From Cyanobacteria bacterium P01_A01_bin.123 (lineage in GTDB: Bacteria > Cyanobacteriota > Cyanobacteriia > Phormidesmidales > Phormidesmidaceae), in NCBI GenBank assembly GCA_039815185.1, contig JBCBZT010000018.1:1-64000 (forward strand): 64,000 nt of DNA. Reading direction: 5' to 3'. The notes under the pieces are model-generated. The model was not told where the DNA came from, made no database searches, and saw only the letters and a program-made list of their open reading frames with translations. Of the stretch, positions 21,037 through 31,350 are shown one piece after another. Every line of letters begins with the position of its first letter. The first letter of the stretch is position 1. Position numbers and translations under genes: made by a program.

Positions 21037-22668
21037 TTATTTATGGAACATGTTCAGCATTCGCTGCGTAACAGAGAAGCCACCCGCAATATTGAGCGTG
21101 CCAACAAAAATCGCGATCGCGCCCAAAACCGTTGTCGCACCCGTGAGCTCACCAGAGATTTGCAACATGCCGCCGATGATAATGATGCCGCTAATCGCAT
21201 TCGTCACACTCATCAACGGCGTATGCAGCGCCGGTTTCACATTCCAAATCACCTGCCAGCCAATAAAGCAGGCCAACACAAACACCGTAAAGTGAGACAA
21301 GAAGGAGGACGGTGCCCCAACGCCAATGCCCACCAAAGCTAAACCACCGAGTCCGGTGACCAAGAGTGGCTTGAGATTCAGACCAGACGAACTCTTTTGC
21401 TTTTCTGCACCCGCACCCTCGGCCTTGACTTCCGGTGTCGCTGGGGATGGCGATGGCTTAGGCTGAGCCACTTGCGGCGGGGGCCAGGTTACTGCCCCAG
21501 CGTGGCTCACCAGCGCACCGCGTACCACCACATCTTCCATGTCTACGTGATAGTTTTCAGAACCGCCCAAATCGCTAAGTAGGTGGTAAAGGTTGGTGCC
21601 ATAAAGCTGGCTTGACTGGCTAGCCATGCGGCTGTTGAGGTCGGTCAACCCAATAATTGTGACGCCCTCATATTGATAAACCTCACCCGGTCGCGTCACT
21701 TCACAGTTGCCCCCCTGTTCTGCAGCCATATCAACCACAACCGAACCGGGCTTCATAGATTCCACCATCTCGCGCTTCACGAGTAGCGGTGCTCTCTTAC
21801 CTGGGATCAACGCGGTCGTGATGATGATGTCCACGTCTTTGGCTTGTTCTGCAAACAATGCCATCTCTGCGGCAATAAAGGCGGGGCTCATAACCTTGGC
21901 ATAACCGCCTTGGCCTGTGCCATCTTCCTCAAAGTTGAGTTCAAGGAACTCTGCGCCCATACTTTGCACTTGCTCTTTCACTACAGGGCGAGTATCAAAA
22001 GCGCGAACAATGGCCCCTAGGCTGCGGGCAGCGCCAATGGCAGCTAACCCTGCGACCCCAGCCCCAATCACTAAAACCTTACAGGGCGGCACCTTCCCCG
22101 CAGCAGTGATTTGTCCGGTAAAGAACCGACCAAAATTATTAGCCGCTTCAATCACAGCCCGATATCCGGCAATGTTGGCCATCGAACTGAGGGCGTCCAT
22201 TTTTTGGGCGCGGGTGACACGAGGTACCGCGTCCATGGCTAGCACTGTGGCTTCACGAGCTGCCAAATGACTAAGCAAATCAGGGTTTTGGGCAGGCCAA
22301 ATAAAGCTAATTAGGGTGCCGCCCTGGCGCATTAGATCGGCTTCATGGCAATTCAGCTCAGGATGATGACCTGGGGCCCTCACCTTGAGCACGATGTCGG
22401 CTTGTTGCCACAGATCCGCACAGCTAGCAATCATTTGGCAACCGCTTTGCTCATAGGCGGCATCAGAAAAACTGGCCTTTTCGCCAGCACCTTGTTCGAC
22501 TAGGACTTCAAATCCCAGCTTTTGGAGTTTTTTGACGGTGTCTGGGGTAGCTGCCACCCGCGCTTCTAAATCAGCAATCTCTTTAGGAATACCAATTTTT
22601 TTAGCCGGACTCGATTCTTGTTCTGGGGACACCGCTTGATTTGGCGTCGGCTCCACGGCAATAGTCAT
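21037..22668 (-). CDS. pntA: NAD(P) transhydrogenase subunit alpha
   Basis: [43 protein letters not shown]. Confidence 0.97.
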   Translation of the reverse strand: MTIAVEPTPNQAVSPEQESSPAKKIGIPKEIADLEARVAATPDTVKKLQKLGFEVLVEQGAGEKASFSDAAYEQSGCQMIASCADLWQQADIVLKVRAPGHHPELNCHEADLMRQGGTLISFIWPAQNPDLLSHLAAREATVLAMDAVPRVTRAQKMDALSSMANIAGYRAVIEAANNFGRFFTGQITAAGKVPPCKVLVIGAGVAGLAAIGAARSLGAIVRAFDTRPVVKEQVQSMGAEFLELNFEEDGTGQGGYAKVMSPAFIAAEMALFAEQAKDVDIIITTALIPGKRAPLLVKREMVESMKPGSVVVDMAAEQGGNCEVTRPGEVYQYEGVTIIGLTDLNSRMASQSSQLYGTNLYHLLSDLGGSENYHVDMEDVVVRGALVSHAGAVTWPPPQVAQPKPSPSPATPEVKAEGAGAEKQKSSSGLNLKPLLVTGLGGLALVGIGVGAPSSFLSHFTVFVLACFIGWQVIWNVKPALHTPLMSVTNAISGIIIIGGMLQISGELTGATTVLGAIAIFVGTLNIAGGFSVTQRMLNMFHK

Positions 22669-23047
22669 GAATACTCCTTAGATTGAAATTGTAGTGGTTG
22701 ATTCACAAACCTTTATCAGAAGGGGGCTCAATGACAACACTCGTCCTTGCATCCTAGAGCCATTAATTGGAGGCTAAGGGAGTTCTTTAGCCTTGTTTTA
22801 GATCTAATTTTTGATCCCCGCGATCGCGCTTGAGCAGCCACAATCAGCTTCATCCATAAATTTCTCTCTAAATGCACAAAAACCAGCAAACCCTTAAGAC
22901 TATGGGCGAAATCGAAGGGTTTCTAACGTCAGCCGGAACTCAACATTTGGCAATAAATCGCAACCATTTCGTATCAAATCGCAATCGAAACTGTAGCCTT
23001 TATTACGGCTTGAAACGCTGTTTGAAATACGACTCCAGAGTCTGCCT

Positions 23048-23656
23048 TTAAGCAGGATAGAGCCATTGAGCGAACAGTTTGGTTAAGCGTGGCATGACGA
23101 GATACGTCAGCAGCAGAACCACTAAGTAAGTCACCATCAGACTGCTGATTAATCTCGGTAACCCTAGATCTATCAACAGTGGCAGTAACCAGGGATTAAG
23201 CAGATTCACGGCTCCAAAGACGGCGAAAGTGGTCAAAATCGCCATTTTATAGCGAGGGGGCGGGGCCTGTTTGGGGCGATTCGGTAGGGTAAACCAAGTT
23301 TCAAACCCGGTTAAAATTTTTACCTCGGAGGCTTTGACCAACAAGGGTTTTGCCTTTTCGAGACAGCGTTGGCGTTCGTCTGAGTCGAGCCAGCGCTTCA
23401 GATTGGTGTAGCAGTCAAACTTGAGAATCGTGACATACTCCACACAGATGCCCGCTTCAGGCCGGATGGTTGTGACGCCAAGATGTCCTGGAAACTGACG
23501 GGCAACCTCAGAAATTTTGTGGGTCCAGCGTTCGTAGTCTGCTTCGCAGTGACGCTTCACGCGTTGGGAAATGACAGCAGTGACGGGCTGAATGTCTTGG
23601 CTGCGATCGCGGATGACTTGAATAGAAGGGGGATTTCCGGAAGCGACCATCTGCAA
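23048..23656 (-). CDS. Antibiotic biosynthesis monooxygenase (ABM) domain membrane protein
   Basis: ABM-like FPGHLG..WLDSDER, TGFETWF, PPRYKMA then two TM helices. Confidence 0.8.
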   Translation of the reverse strand: MQMVASGNPPSIQVIRDRSQDIQPVTAVISQRVKRHCEADYERWTHKISEVARQFPGHLGVTTIRPEAGICVEYVTILKFDCYTNLKRWLDSDERQRCLEKAKPLLVKASEVKILTGFETWFTLPNRPKQAPPPRYKMAILTTFAVFGAVNLLNPWLLPLLIDLGLPRLISSLMVTYLVVLLLTYLVMPRLTKLFAQWLYPA

Positions 23657-24071
23657 CTTACCTCATAGAACAGTAGACTTTGTCGGAAATAGGAGAAAAA
23701 TCTTATCCAGTCACTATTCTCCTCCTAATGCTTTGAGATCTAAGCCGCTTGGCGCAGAGTTGCCCCTCTCTTAGACCGATGAGTCAGGCGGAAATTTGTA
23801 GTCCACGGGCCATTTCCATCTCAGAGAGCGATGGCGCGGTTTCTTCTACGGTAGTTGTTGAATTCTCATTCCGTCCGGTTCAAAGCCTTGAAAGCCGCTA
23901 TCCTGCCACAGCGTACTGCCGTTTGGAAACCCCAAGATTTCCGCATCAGCAATCTGCGTATCATGAAAAGGCGTGTGTTTTTTCGATTAAGTATAGATTT
24001 CGATAGTATTACCCTTGTTCTGAGCGGGCATTCAAAGCACAGTGGATCTTAACAATAGGTGAGCTAATTCA

Positions 24072-24395
24072 ATGACTGTGACTGCCATAAACTTCGTGCC
24101 TGAACTCGCCAGTGACCGAGAAGTTAGCGTCTTCGCCGTAAAACAAGGAGGACGAGCACACCAAGGCGCTCACTTCAATCAAAAACGCTACGGCCTAGTC
24201 GGAGTTTGGACGCTGCAAAAGCGCTCAGACGTTTATCAAACTGCCCTTCAATTGGGGCAGCAAGGGTTAAAACCTTTAATTACGGCTAGTCTGACCAGCT
24301 ATCGACTCTGGGTTTCGATCGATCAGACGACGCTAGGCGATCCGTCTAGCCAGCCCCAATGGGATGGGGAAGTTAACCCACATCAAGCCGCCTGA
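24072..24395 (+). CDS. Hypothetical protein
   Basis: 107-aa ATG ORF with GGTGAG RBS-like sequence upstream. Confidence 0.55.
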   Translation: MTVTAINFVPELASDREVSVFAVKQGGRAHQGAHFNQKRYGLVGVWTLQKRSDVYQTALQLGQQGLKPLITASLTSYRLWVSIDQTTLGDPSSQPQWDGEVNPHQAA

Positions 24396-24483
24396 GTGAG
24401 CACGTTGCTCGCTAAAAGTTGTTATTTCTGATACGCCACGGGCACAACTAGAGTTAGGCAAACTCTTCTCCACCCAACCAGTT

Positions 24484-25914
24484 GTGCATCTATCTCAATT
24501 TTCCCCTAAGTCTCGCTGGCCCCAATGGGGACTACTCTTTGCACTGGGATTACTCTTGTGTCTCGGTATCGCAAGTTGGCAAGCCCAATCATCAGTACGT
24601 CCGCTGGCACCCCCCTTGCCCCAAGACCCCAACATCCAGGTTTTTTTCAATCAGTCTCAGGCTAGCGTCTATCAAGAACCGTATCGCAAACTCACTCGGC
24701 ATGGCGATAATCTTGAGCAGGTCATTATTGACGCGATCGCGGCAGCTCAATTCACAATTGATGTTGCCATTCAAGAGCTAAATTTACCGTTGGTAGCCGA
24801 GGCATTAAGCGATCGGGCTCGAGCGGGTGTCCGAGTTCGGATCATTCTAGAAAACAGCTATGCTAAGCCCTGGAGCGAACGCAACCCTGCAAAGCTAACT
24901 GAACGCGATCGCGCTAAGTACGAAGAATTTATGGCCCTTGCCGATCGCAACCGCAACGGCAGATTGAGTCCGGCAGAAATTGAGGCAGGGGATGCCCTCA
25001 AGATTTTGCAGATGGCCCAGATTCCCGTCCTTGACGACACCGCTGACGGCTCCAAGGGTAGCGGATTGATGCATCATAAATTTGTCGTCATCGATCAAAA
25101 TCAAGTCGTCACAGGATCAGCCAACTTTACAACTAGCGGAATCCACGGAGATGCTCTGGAGCATGACAGCCGAGGTAATGCCAATGTCTTGCTGAAAATA
25201 CTCAACTCGACCTTAGCTAAACATTACAGCGAAGAATTTGAGTTGATGTGGGGAGACGGGCCGAGGCAATCAGAAGATAGCCTATTTGGCTTACAAAAAC
25301 CCTTCCGAGCAGCAAGATCAGTCATCATGGCTGGAGCCTCAGTCAAAGTTCAGTTTTCACCAACGTCTAAAAGGCAATCGTGGGCTAAAAGTGTCAACGG
25401 GTTGATTAGCGATACATTGGCCCAAAGCCAGCGCAGTATTGATCTAGCACTGTTTGTCTTTTCAGATCAGGCTATCGGGAATCGACTCTACAATCAGCAT
25501 CAGGCAGGCGTGCAAGTGCGATCGCTAATTGACCCAGGCTTCATTTATCGCAGCTATAGCGAAGGGTTAGATATGTTAGGACTTTCACTACCCGATCACC
25601 GCTGTCAATATGAAAATCAAAACCAACCCTGGCAGCAGCCGATTTTGGCCGTTGGTACACCACAGTTAGCGACAGGAGACAAGCTGCACCACAAATTTGC
25701 ATTAATCGATGACGACACAGTTATTGTCGGTTCGCAAAACTGGAGCAAAGCCGGCAACCAGGAAAACGATGAAAATCTGCTGGTGATTACCAATGACTTA
25801 GTGGCAGCCCACTTTCGACGTGAGTTTGAGCGACTCTACAGCAAAGCAGCCTTGGGCATCACCCCTAAGCTAGAAACCCAAATCGCGAAACAACGCAAAG
25901 CCTGCCAAACATAG
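24484..25914 (+). CDS. Phospholipase D-family nuclease (ComA/ComE-like), no HhH tail
   Basis: N-terminal TM, two HKD motifs (HHKFVVID, HHKFALID), GSANF/GSQNW. Confidence 0.85.
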   Translation: MHLSQFSPKSRWPQWGLLFALGLLLCLGIASWQAQSSVRPLAPPLPQDPNIQVFFNQSQASVYQEPYRKLTRHGDNLEQVIIDAIAAAQFTIDVAIQELNLPLVAEALSDRARAGVRVRIILENSYAKPWSERNPAKLTERDRAKYEEFMALADRNRNGRLSPAEIEAGDALKILQMAQIPVLDDTADGSKGSGLMHHKFVVIDQNQVVTGSANFTTSGIHGDALEHDSRGNANVLLKILNSTLAKHYSEEFELMWGDGPRQSEDSLFGLQKPFRAARSVIMAGASVKVQFSPTSKRQSWAKSVNGLISDTLAQSQRSIDLALFVFSDQAIGNRLYNQHQAGVQVRSLIDPGFIYRSYSEGLDMLGLSLPDHRCQYENQNQPWQQPILAVGTPQLATGDKLHHKFALIDDDTVIVGSQNWSKAGNQENDENLLVITNDLVAAHFRREFERLYSKAALGITPKLETQIAKQRKACQT

Positions 25915-26415
25915 AAGCGAGGCACGAAAATCGTGCCTCCACTGGTATACAAAGACCTAATTGACTCAAGGCACCAGTAGGGAATCGCAACGTCTAATGA
26001 CAATTTAGTGTCAATCTATCAAGCCAGGTAAACTTGAGTAAACACTCTTTTTCTACCCTGTGGAACGTGATAGTTTAGTGATTAGGAAATAACAACTGAA
26101 TAGATTAATCGTTTTGAGTCAATACAACAAAAGCGATTAGTTCTGAGCCAACTAAAGTAAACAAATTACGCTTTTAATAGCCTATTGTTTGAAGCTTTCT
26201 AATTTTCTAGGAGCGTTCAGCGTTTAGCCGATTAGGCTTTGCTATAAAAGCCAGTGTCAACCCTTGAAAGTATGTTCACTGTTTGTATTTTTGCGTAAAC
26301 TGTCAATTGAAGAACGACTGTCTTTTAATTTTTCCCAACCTAAATCAAAGGGTTCAGCCGCCTCGGTTGAGCCCTTTGGCTTTAAACGCTTCTTTTAGAT
26401 CCATCCTGAATTCAT

Positions 26416-27537
26416 ATGGCTAAAGTTGTCGCTGTTCAAGGATGTCGTCACGGCATTGGGAGTTCCAACTTAACAGCTAATTTGGCAGCAACCTTGACCC
26501 AACAGCAGCGACGGGTCGGCTTAATTGATACGGATCTACAGGTTCCGGCCCTTCATCTTTTGTTTGGGCTGAGTGAAGCAACCGTTGCAGATGAGAGCAA
26601 CGCTTGTTTTGGGGGGACGATTTTAGATCCAGAAGTTAACGCTTTGTCCCCTTCAATTCATGCTTTATCTCTGGAGGTTTTACCGCAGCAAGATCTTGGC
26701 ATTTATTTTCTATCACGGTCGCGATCGCTGACTGCAGTTGCCAAACACTTAGGGGAAATCTATAACATCAATACAGCCCCTCGAGGATTGCACAGTGTTG
26801 CCTCTGAATTGGCGTTGGATTACCTGTTGATTGACGCCCAGCCCAACCTAGATGAAGAGGCTTTAAATTGCTTTACGATAACCGATGTTTTGCTAGTGCT
26901 GGTAGGACTTGAAGCCTATGATTTGCAACGGGCCGCAGTGATGATCGAGGTTGCTCGTTCTTTGGGAGTCCCACAAATTTTTTTGGTTCCCAGTTGCGTA
27001 TTATCAGACATGTCCTCTCAAAGCGTGTATGACGAACTCCAGACTGCTTTTGATGCCGAAGTTGCCGGCATTCTCCCCTTTTCAGAAGAAATAGTTGGAT
27101 TGGCCAGTAACGGCGTCTTTGTTCTGCACTATCCTGATCATCGATTAACGCAGGCGGTTCAGACAATTGCTAACCATATCCAAATCCCGCCCCCCCTCAT
27201 CCTTGCAACGGCAAAGGATGATACCTTAAGTGCATTACTAGCGGCAGGATCTGACCTATCTCGCCCTCGGCGTAGCTTGTTCCATGTTTTAGACTTACCC
27301 ACAAGACAACGGCAAGTCGTAGCCCATGTTTTACGCCATGGTGCTGCAACCGCCTCGGAGTTGAAGCAAGCTCTGGGGCTATCCTTAACAGTCGTCAATG
27401 CCACTTTAGTTGACCTAGTTGAAATCGGTTGGCTGCAACCCAAAAGACAAGCCGGAAATACTCAGTATCAGCTTCAAACCCAGTCAAATCAGAGTTCACG
27501 AGTCGAAGAGGGGGATAAATCCAACGATCGTGAATAG
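26416..27537 (+). CDS. MinD/ParA-like protein with degenerate P-loop and C-terminal winged HTH
   Basis: Colinear with the downstream paralog (IDTDLQVP, DYLLIDAQP, ILPFSEE, YPDH) but Walker A reads GCRHGIGSS; tail ATASELKQALGLSLTVVNATLVDLVEIGWL is wHTH-like. Confidence 0.75.
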   Translation: MAKVVAVQGCRHGIGSSNLTANLAATLTQQQRRVGLIDTDLQVPALHLLFGLSEATVADESNACFGGTILDPEVNALSPSIHALSLEVLPQQDLGIYFLSRSRSLTAVAKHLGEIYNINTAPRGLHSVASELALDYLLIDAQPNLDEEALNCFTITDVLLVLVGLEAYDLQRAAVMIEVARSLGVPQIFLVPSCVLSDMSSQSVYDELQTAFDAEVAGILPFSEEIVGLASNGVFVLHYPDHRLTQAVQTIANHIQIPPPLILATAKDDTLSALLAAGSDLSRPRRSLFHVLDLPTRQRQVVAHVLRHGAATASELKQALGLSLTVVNATLVDLVEIGWLQPKRQAGNTQYQLQTQSNQSSRVEEGDKSNDRE

Positions 27538-27653
27538 GGCGCAAATCCACCAAACGAATGTAGATAGCATGTGACTAAGCTAACAGGTTAGTCCGTAGGA
27601 AAGTTGAAGGAAAAAATGGCTCAGGGATAGGCGCAATTGGTTCAGGTAAAAGC

Positions 27654-28412
27654 ATGGCAAAGATAGTCTCGATTCACTCCTTTCGAGGAGGCACCGGCAA
27701 GTCAAACTCCACAGCTAACCTAGCGGCTGTTATCGCAAGTCACGGCTATCGCGTTGGCATCGTCGATACCGACATTCAATCGCCCGGCATTCACGTCCTC
27801 TTTGGGTTTGACGAAGACCACATCCAACGGGCACTCAACGATTATTTATGGGGACGATGCGCAGTCGAAGACGCAGCCTATGACGTGACCTCAGCCCTAC
27901 CCCATAACGAAAAACAGGGCGCAATTTATTTAGTGCCATCAAGTTTGCGCGCCGGAGAAATTGCCCGTGTCTTGCGAGAAGGATACGATGTTGGCCTACT
28001 CAATGATGGCTTTCAAGCGCTGATTAACACCCTTAACCTAGACTATTTATTCATCGATACCCATCCGGGTCTTAATGAAGAAACCCTACTATCCATCACT
28101 ATCTCAGATATTCTGGTTTTGATTCTGCGTCCCGATCGCCAAGATTTTCAGGGTACTGCGGTCACCGTAGACATTGCCCGTAAGCTAGAAGTCCCTAAAA
28201 TGCTTTTAATGGTCAATAAAGCCCTCACCTCTTTTGATTTCAATGCCCTCAAGGAACAGGTTGAAGCCACCTATGGGGTTACTGTTGCTGGGATTTTGCC
28301 ATTATCAGAAGAAATGATTCAACTGGGCAGCAGTGACTTGATCTGTTTCCGGTATCCTAACCATCCCTTTAGCGAGGTGATGCGCTCAGTCGCAACTCTA
28401 ATACTGACATAA
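27654..28412 (+). CDS. MinD/ParA family ATPase
   Basis: HSFRGGTGKSN Walker A, VDTDIQSPG, DYLFIDTHPG. Confidence 0.88.
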   Translation: MAKIVSIHSFRGGTGKSNSTANLAAVIASHGYRVGIVDTDIQSPGIHVLFGFDEDHIQRALNDYLWGRCAVEDAAYDVTSALPHNEKQGAIYLVPSSLRAGEIARVLREGYDVGLLNDGFQALINTLNLDYLFIDTHPGLNEETLLSITISDILVLILRPDRQDFQGTAVTVDIARKLEVPKMLLMVNKALTSFDFNALKEQVEATYGVTVAGILPLSEEMIQLGSSDLICFRYPNHPFSEVMRSVATLILT

Positions 28413-28417
28413 GGCCA

Positions 28418-29518
28418 TCACGCTTTGGGACGAAAGAAACGTCTACTGATAGCTCGCCATGTCGCAATCAGCAACATCAAGATCGTAAAAGGAATGACAA
28501 ACCGCAGCAGAATGTCATTAAACATATCGATATTTTCATGCCTAGCGGCATCTAAGATCAAGTAAGTCGTATAGGCAAAGTAATACCCCAGAAATAGTCC
28601 CCCTTCCCACCGTGAGACAATGTTACCGGTGGCGAAAATGGGTAAGCAGGCCACTGCGACCGCAATCATAACCGGAATGTCAAATTTTAATGCCGATAGA
28701 GAGACCTCAATACCTGTGGGAGTGACTAATCCAGCAATGCCTAGCACCAACAAAATATTAAAAATGTTGCTTCCGACTACATTCCCAACTGCAATATCGC
28801 GCTCACCACGTAGGCTTGCAACTGCAGAAGTCGCCAGTTCTGGCAGTGATGTCCCGGTCGCCACAATAGTTAAGCCAATTACTAGCTGACTGACGTGCAT
28901 TGCTTCGGCAATGGTGACAGCACCCATGACAAGCAGACGCGAGCCCCCCGCTAGCATTACTAATCCCAATCCAATCGAGCCCAAGTTGACGACCCAGGTT
29001 TTCAACGAAACCGATACTTCGTGACCATATTCTTTTTCGTATTCTGCTTGGACTGCCTCGTCTTCTTCTCGTCGACTTTGGTAAACCAAGAACAGAGTGT
29101 ATACAATCCCCCCTAGCAGCAATAGGATACCGTCAGTGCGACTAATAAACTGATCCAGGCCTAAAATCAACGGCAATAATGACACCCCCACCATAATTGG
29201 CACATCTAACCGTACCAATTGTTGGGCAACAACTAAGGGGGCAATTAGGGCCGACAACCCTAGAATTAACAGTACATTCAGGATATTGCTGCCCACGATA
29301 TTACCAAGAGCAATATCGGCTTGTGCATTCAAGCCAGACTGAATACTAACGGCGAGTTCTGGTGCACTGGTACCATAGGCAACGACGGTCAGGCCAATTA
29401 ATAAAGGTGAGATGCCCATTAGGGTAGCTAACCGAGATGCCCCACGCACAAGGGACTCTGCGCCAACCACAAGCAGCACCAAGCCCACCAAAACGGAAGC
29501 GATCGAGACAGGTGTCAT
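28418..29518 (-). CDS. Calcium/sodium antiporter (YrbG/CaCA family)
   Basis: Two alpha repeats GTSAPE..GNIVGSN and GTSLPE..GNVVGSN. Confidence 0.93.
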   Translation of the reverse strand: MTPVSIASVLVGLVLLVVGAESLVRGASRLATLMGISPLLIGLTVVAYGTSAPELAVSIQSGLNAQADIALGNIVGSNILNVLLILGLSALIAPLVVAQQLVRLDVPIMVGVSLLPLILGLDQFISRTDGILLLLGGIVYTLFLVYQSRREEDEAVQAEYEKEYGHEVSVSLKTWVVNLGSIGLGLVMLAGGSRLLVMGAVTIAEAMHVSQLVIGLTIVATGTSLPELATSAVASLRGERDIAVGNVVGSNIFNILLVLGIAGLVTPTGIEVSLSALKFDIPVMIAVAVACLPIFATGNIVSRWEGGLFLGYYFAYTTYLILDAARHENIDMFNDILLRFVIPFTILMLLIATWRAISRRFFRPKA

Positions 29519-29798
29519 ATCGCTTGCAAACCTGTAAACGGAAAACGAACAGTATTGGGGTCTTGCATAGCTGGCTTAGCGGAAACAGTGCGGACTATTC
29601 TGGAATTGTAAGGAGAATTGCGACTTCGAGAAAACTTTTCTCTGTCAATTAGGTCATAGGTCACCATGACAAGACTTATTCGGCGATCGCAGTTTTACCT
29701 CAAGTCCTTTGGTAACCCACAACGTTGCTTCCAATAAAGCCTGCCAATCTAGGCTCAAAAAAACTCTTGATCACAGATTTCAAGCCCATAACGTGCCC

Positions 29799-30380
29799 AT
29801 GTCTCTTGCAACTTGGCGATCGCCCTTGGCTCGCGCACTACATCGTAACCGCAGCGAACCCCATAGTCGCTATTTTCAGTTGGCAACTTTGCGACCTGAC
29901 GGCCTACCAGCTAACCGTACCATTGTATTTCGCGGATTCCTAAACGACACGAATCAACTGATAGTTATCACCGATGGTCGTAGTGACAAAATCGCGCATG
30001 TTACCTACCAGCCCTGGGCAGAAGCATGTTGGTATTTCACCAAAACCCGAGAACAGTTCCGGTTGTTCGGCCGCCTTCAACTCATTGATGACAGCCACAG
30101 GGACACCCTCTATATCGCCACACGTCAACAAATCTGGCAAAAACTTTCCGACAAAGCCCGAGCCCAGTTTTACTGGCCAACACCAGGTGCATTCCGGACA
30201 GACAATCAGCCCTTTGAGACATCTGCAGTTGATGGTATTCAGCCGCCCTCTTGCTTTTGTCTGCTACTGATTGATCCTACTCAGGTGGATCACCTAGAAC
30301 TGAAAGGTAACCCCCAGAACCGCTATCGTCACCACATTCAGAAAGATAATCTGTGGTGCAAGGTGAATATTAACCCTTAA
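29799..30380 (+). CDS. FMN-dependent pyridoxamine 5'-phosphate oxidase-like flavoprotein (Npun_F5749 type)
   Basis: QLATLRPDGLPANRTIVFRGF, TDGRSDK, WYFTKTREQFR, VDHLELKGNPQNR. Confidence 0.85.
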   Translation: MSLATWRSPLARALHRNRSEPHSRYFQLATLRPDGLPANRTIVFRGFLNDTNQLIVITDGRSDKIAHVTYQPWAEACWYFTKTREQFRLFGRLQLIDDSHRDTLYIATRQQIWQKLSDKARAQFYWPTPGAFRTDNQPFETSAVDGIQPPSCFCLLLIDPTQVDHLELKGNPQNRYRHHIQKDNLWCKVNINP

Positions 30381-30409
30381 TAGCTTTGGCTCAGGAAAAG
30401 TTGACTGGG

Positions 30410-31174
30410 CTAAATACCAGAGCCACCTAGGAATTCTTCGATGACGCGATCGCGAATTCTGCAGCTTCCTGCAACTTCATCTCCATGGCTGTCCTCATGA
30501 CGCTGTTCAACCGCGATCGCGATGGGTATCGACGGCTGTGGAGATTTTGGTATTGTAGCCAGTTGATGTTCTAACGCTTCAATGCGATCTACCAATGCAC
30601 GGATAACTTGAGCTTCCGAATCTGGCAATCGACCATGTTCCAACGGCTCAACCCGCTCACCTGAGCGATAGACAATGCGACCAGGCACACCCACAACAGT
30701 ACAGTCCGAGGGAACCTCTCTTAATACGACTGACCCGGCACCTATGCGAACGTTATGGCCGATTGTAATGTTGCCAAGAACTTTAGCCCCAGCCCCAACC
30801 ACCACGTTATTGCCTAAAGTAGGGTGCCGCTTACCGCATTCTTTTCCAGTACCGCCGAGAGTCACGCCCTGATATATCAAGCAATAGTCACCCAAAATAG
30901 CAGTTTCTCCAATGACAACACCCATGCCATGGTCAATAAAAACGCCATGACCGATGGTAGCGCCAGGGTGGATCTCAATCCCCGTTAGAAACCGGGCGAG
31001 ATGGGAAATTAAGCGTGGAATCAGAGGTATGCCTATCAGATAGAGGGCATGGGCTAACCTATGAAACACCAACGCTTGCAGGCCAGGATAGCAAAATAGA
31101 ACCTCTAGCCAGTTACGTGCTGCCGGGTCACGATCGAAGATGATACGAACATCTGCCATCAAGGTTTTGAACAC
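30410..31174 (-). CDS. cysE: Serine O-acetyltransferase
   Basis: [34 protein letters not shown]. Confidence 0.96.
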   Translation of the reverse strand: MFKTLMADVRIIFDRDPAARNWLEVLFCYPGLQALVFHRLAHALYLIGIPLIPRLISHLARFLTGIEIHPGATIGHGVFIDHGMGVVIGETAILGDYCLIYQGVTLGGTGKECGKRHPTLGNNVVVGAGAKVLGNITIGHNVRIGAGSVVLREVPSDCTVVGVPGRIVYRSGERVEPLEHGRLPDSEAQVIRALVDRIEALEHQLATIPKSPQPSIPIAIAVEQRHEDSHGDEVAGSCRIRDRVIEEFLGGSGI

Positions 31175-31350
31175 GGCAATTGCCCCATTAAGTCAAGAAA
31201 CCAGTTCTTATCTTAACGTCTCTTGGATGAATCCTAAATAGGCGGGTTCCCGACTGTCTGATGGGTCTCATCCATTGAGCCTAGGCAATAGTGGTGAGAC
31301 CATTCGGATCAGAACCTGAACCTTCACAGGCCATTCTTGACGAGCACTCT

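Noticed and set aside
23749..24052. Two overlapping small ORFs
   Set aside because: TTG starts, no RBS or motif; more likely divergent promoter DNA
27654..28412. Cell-division minD or chromosome-partition parA
   Set aside because: No minC, minE or parB nearby, signature Lys absent, no clear membrane-targeting tail
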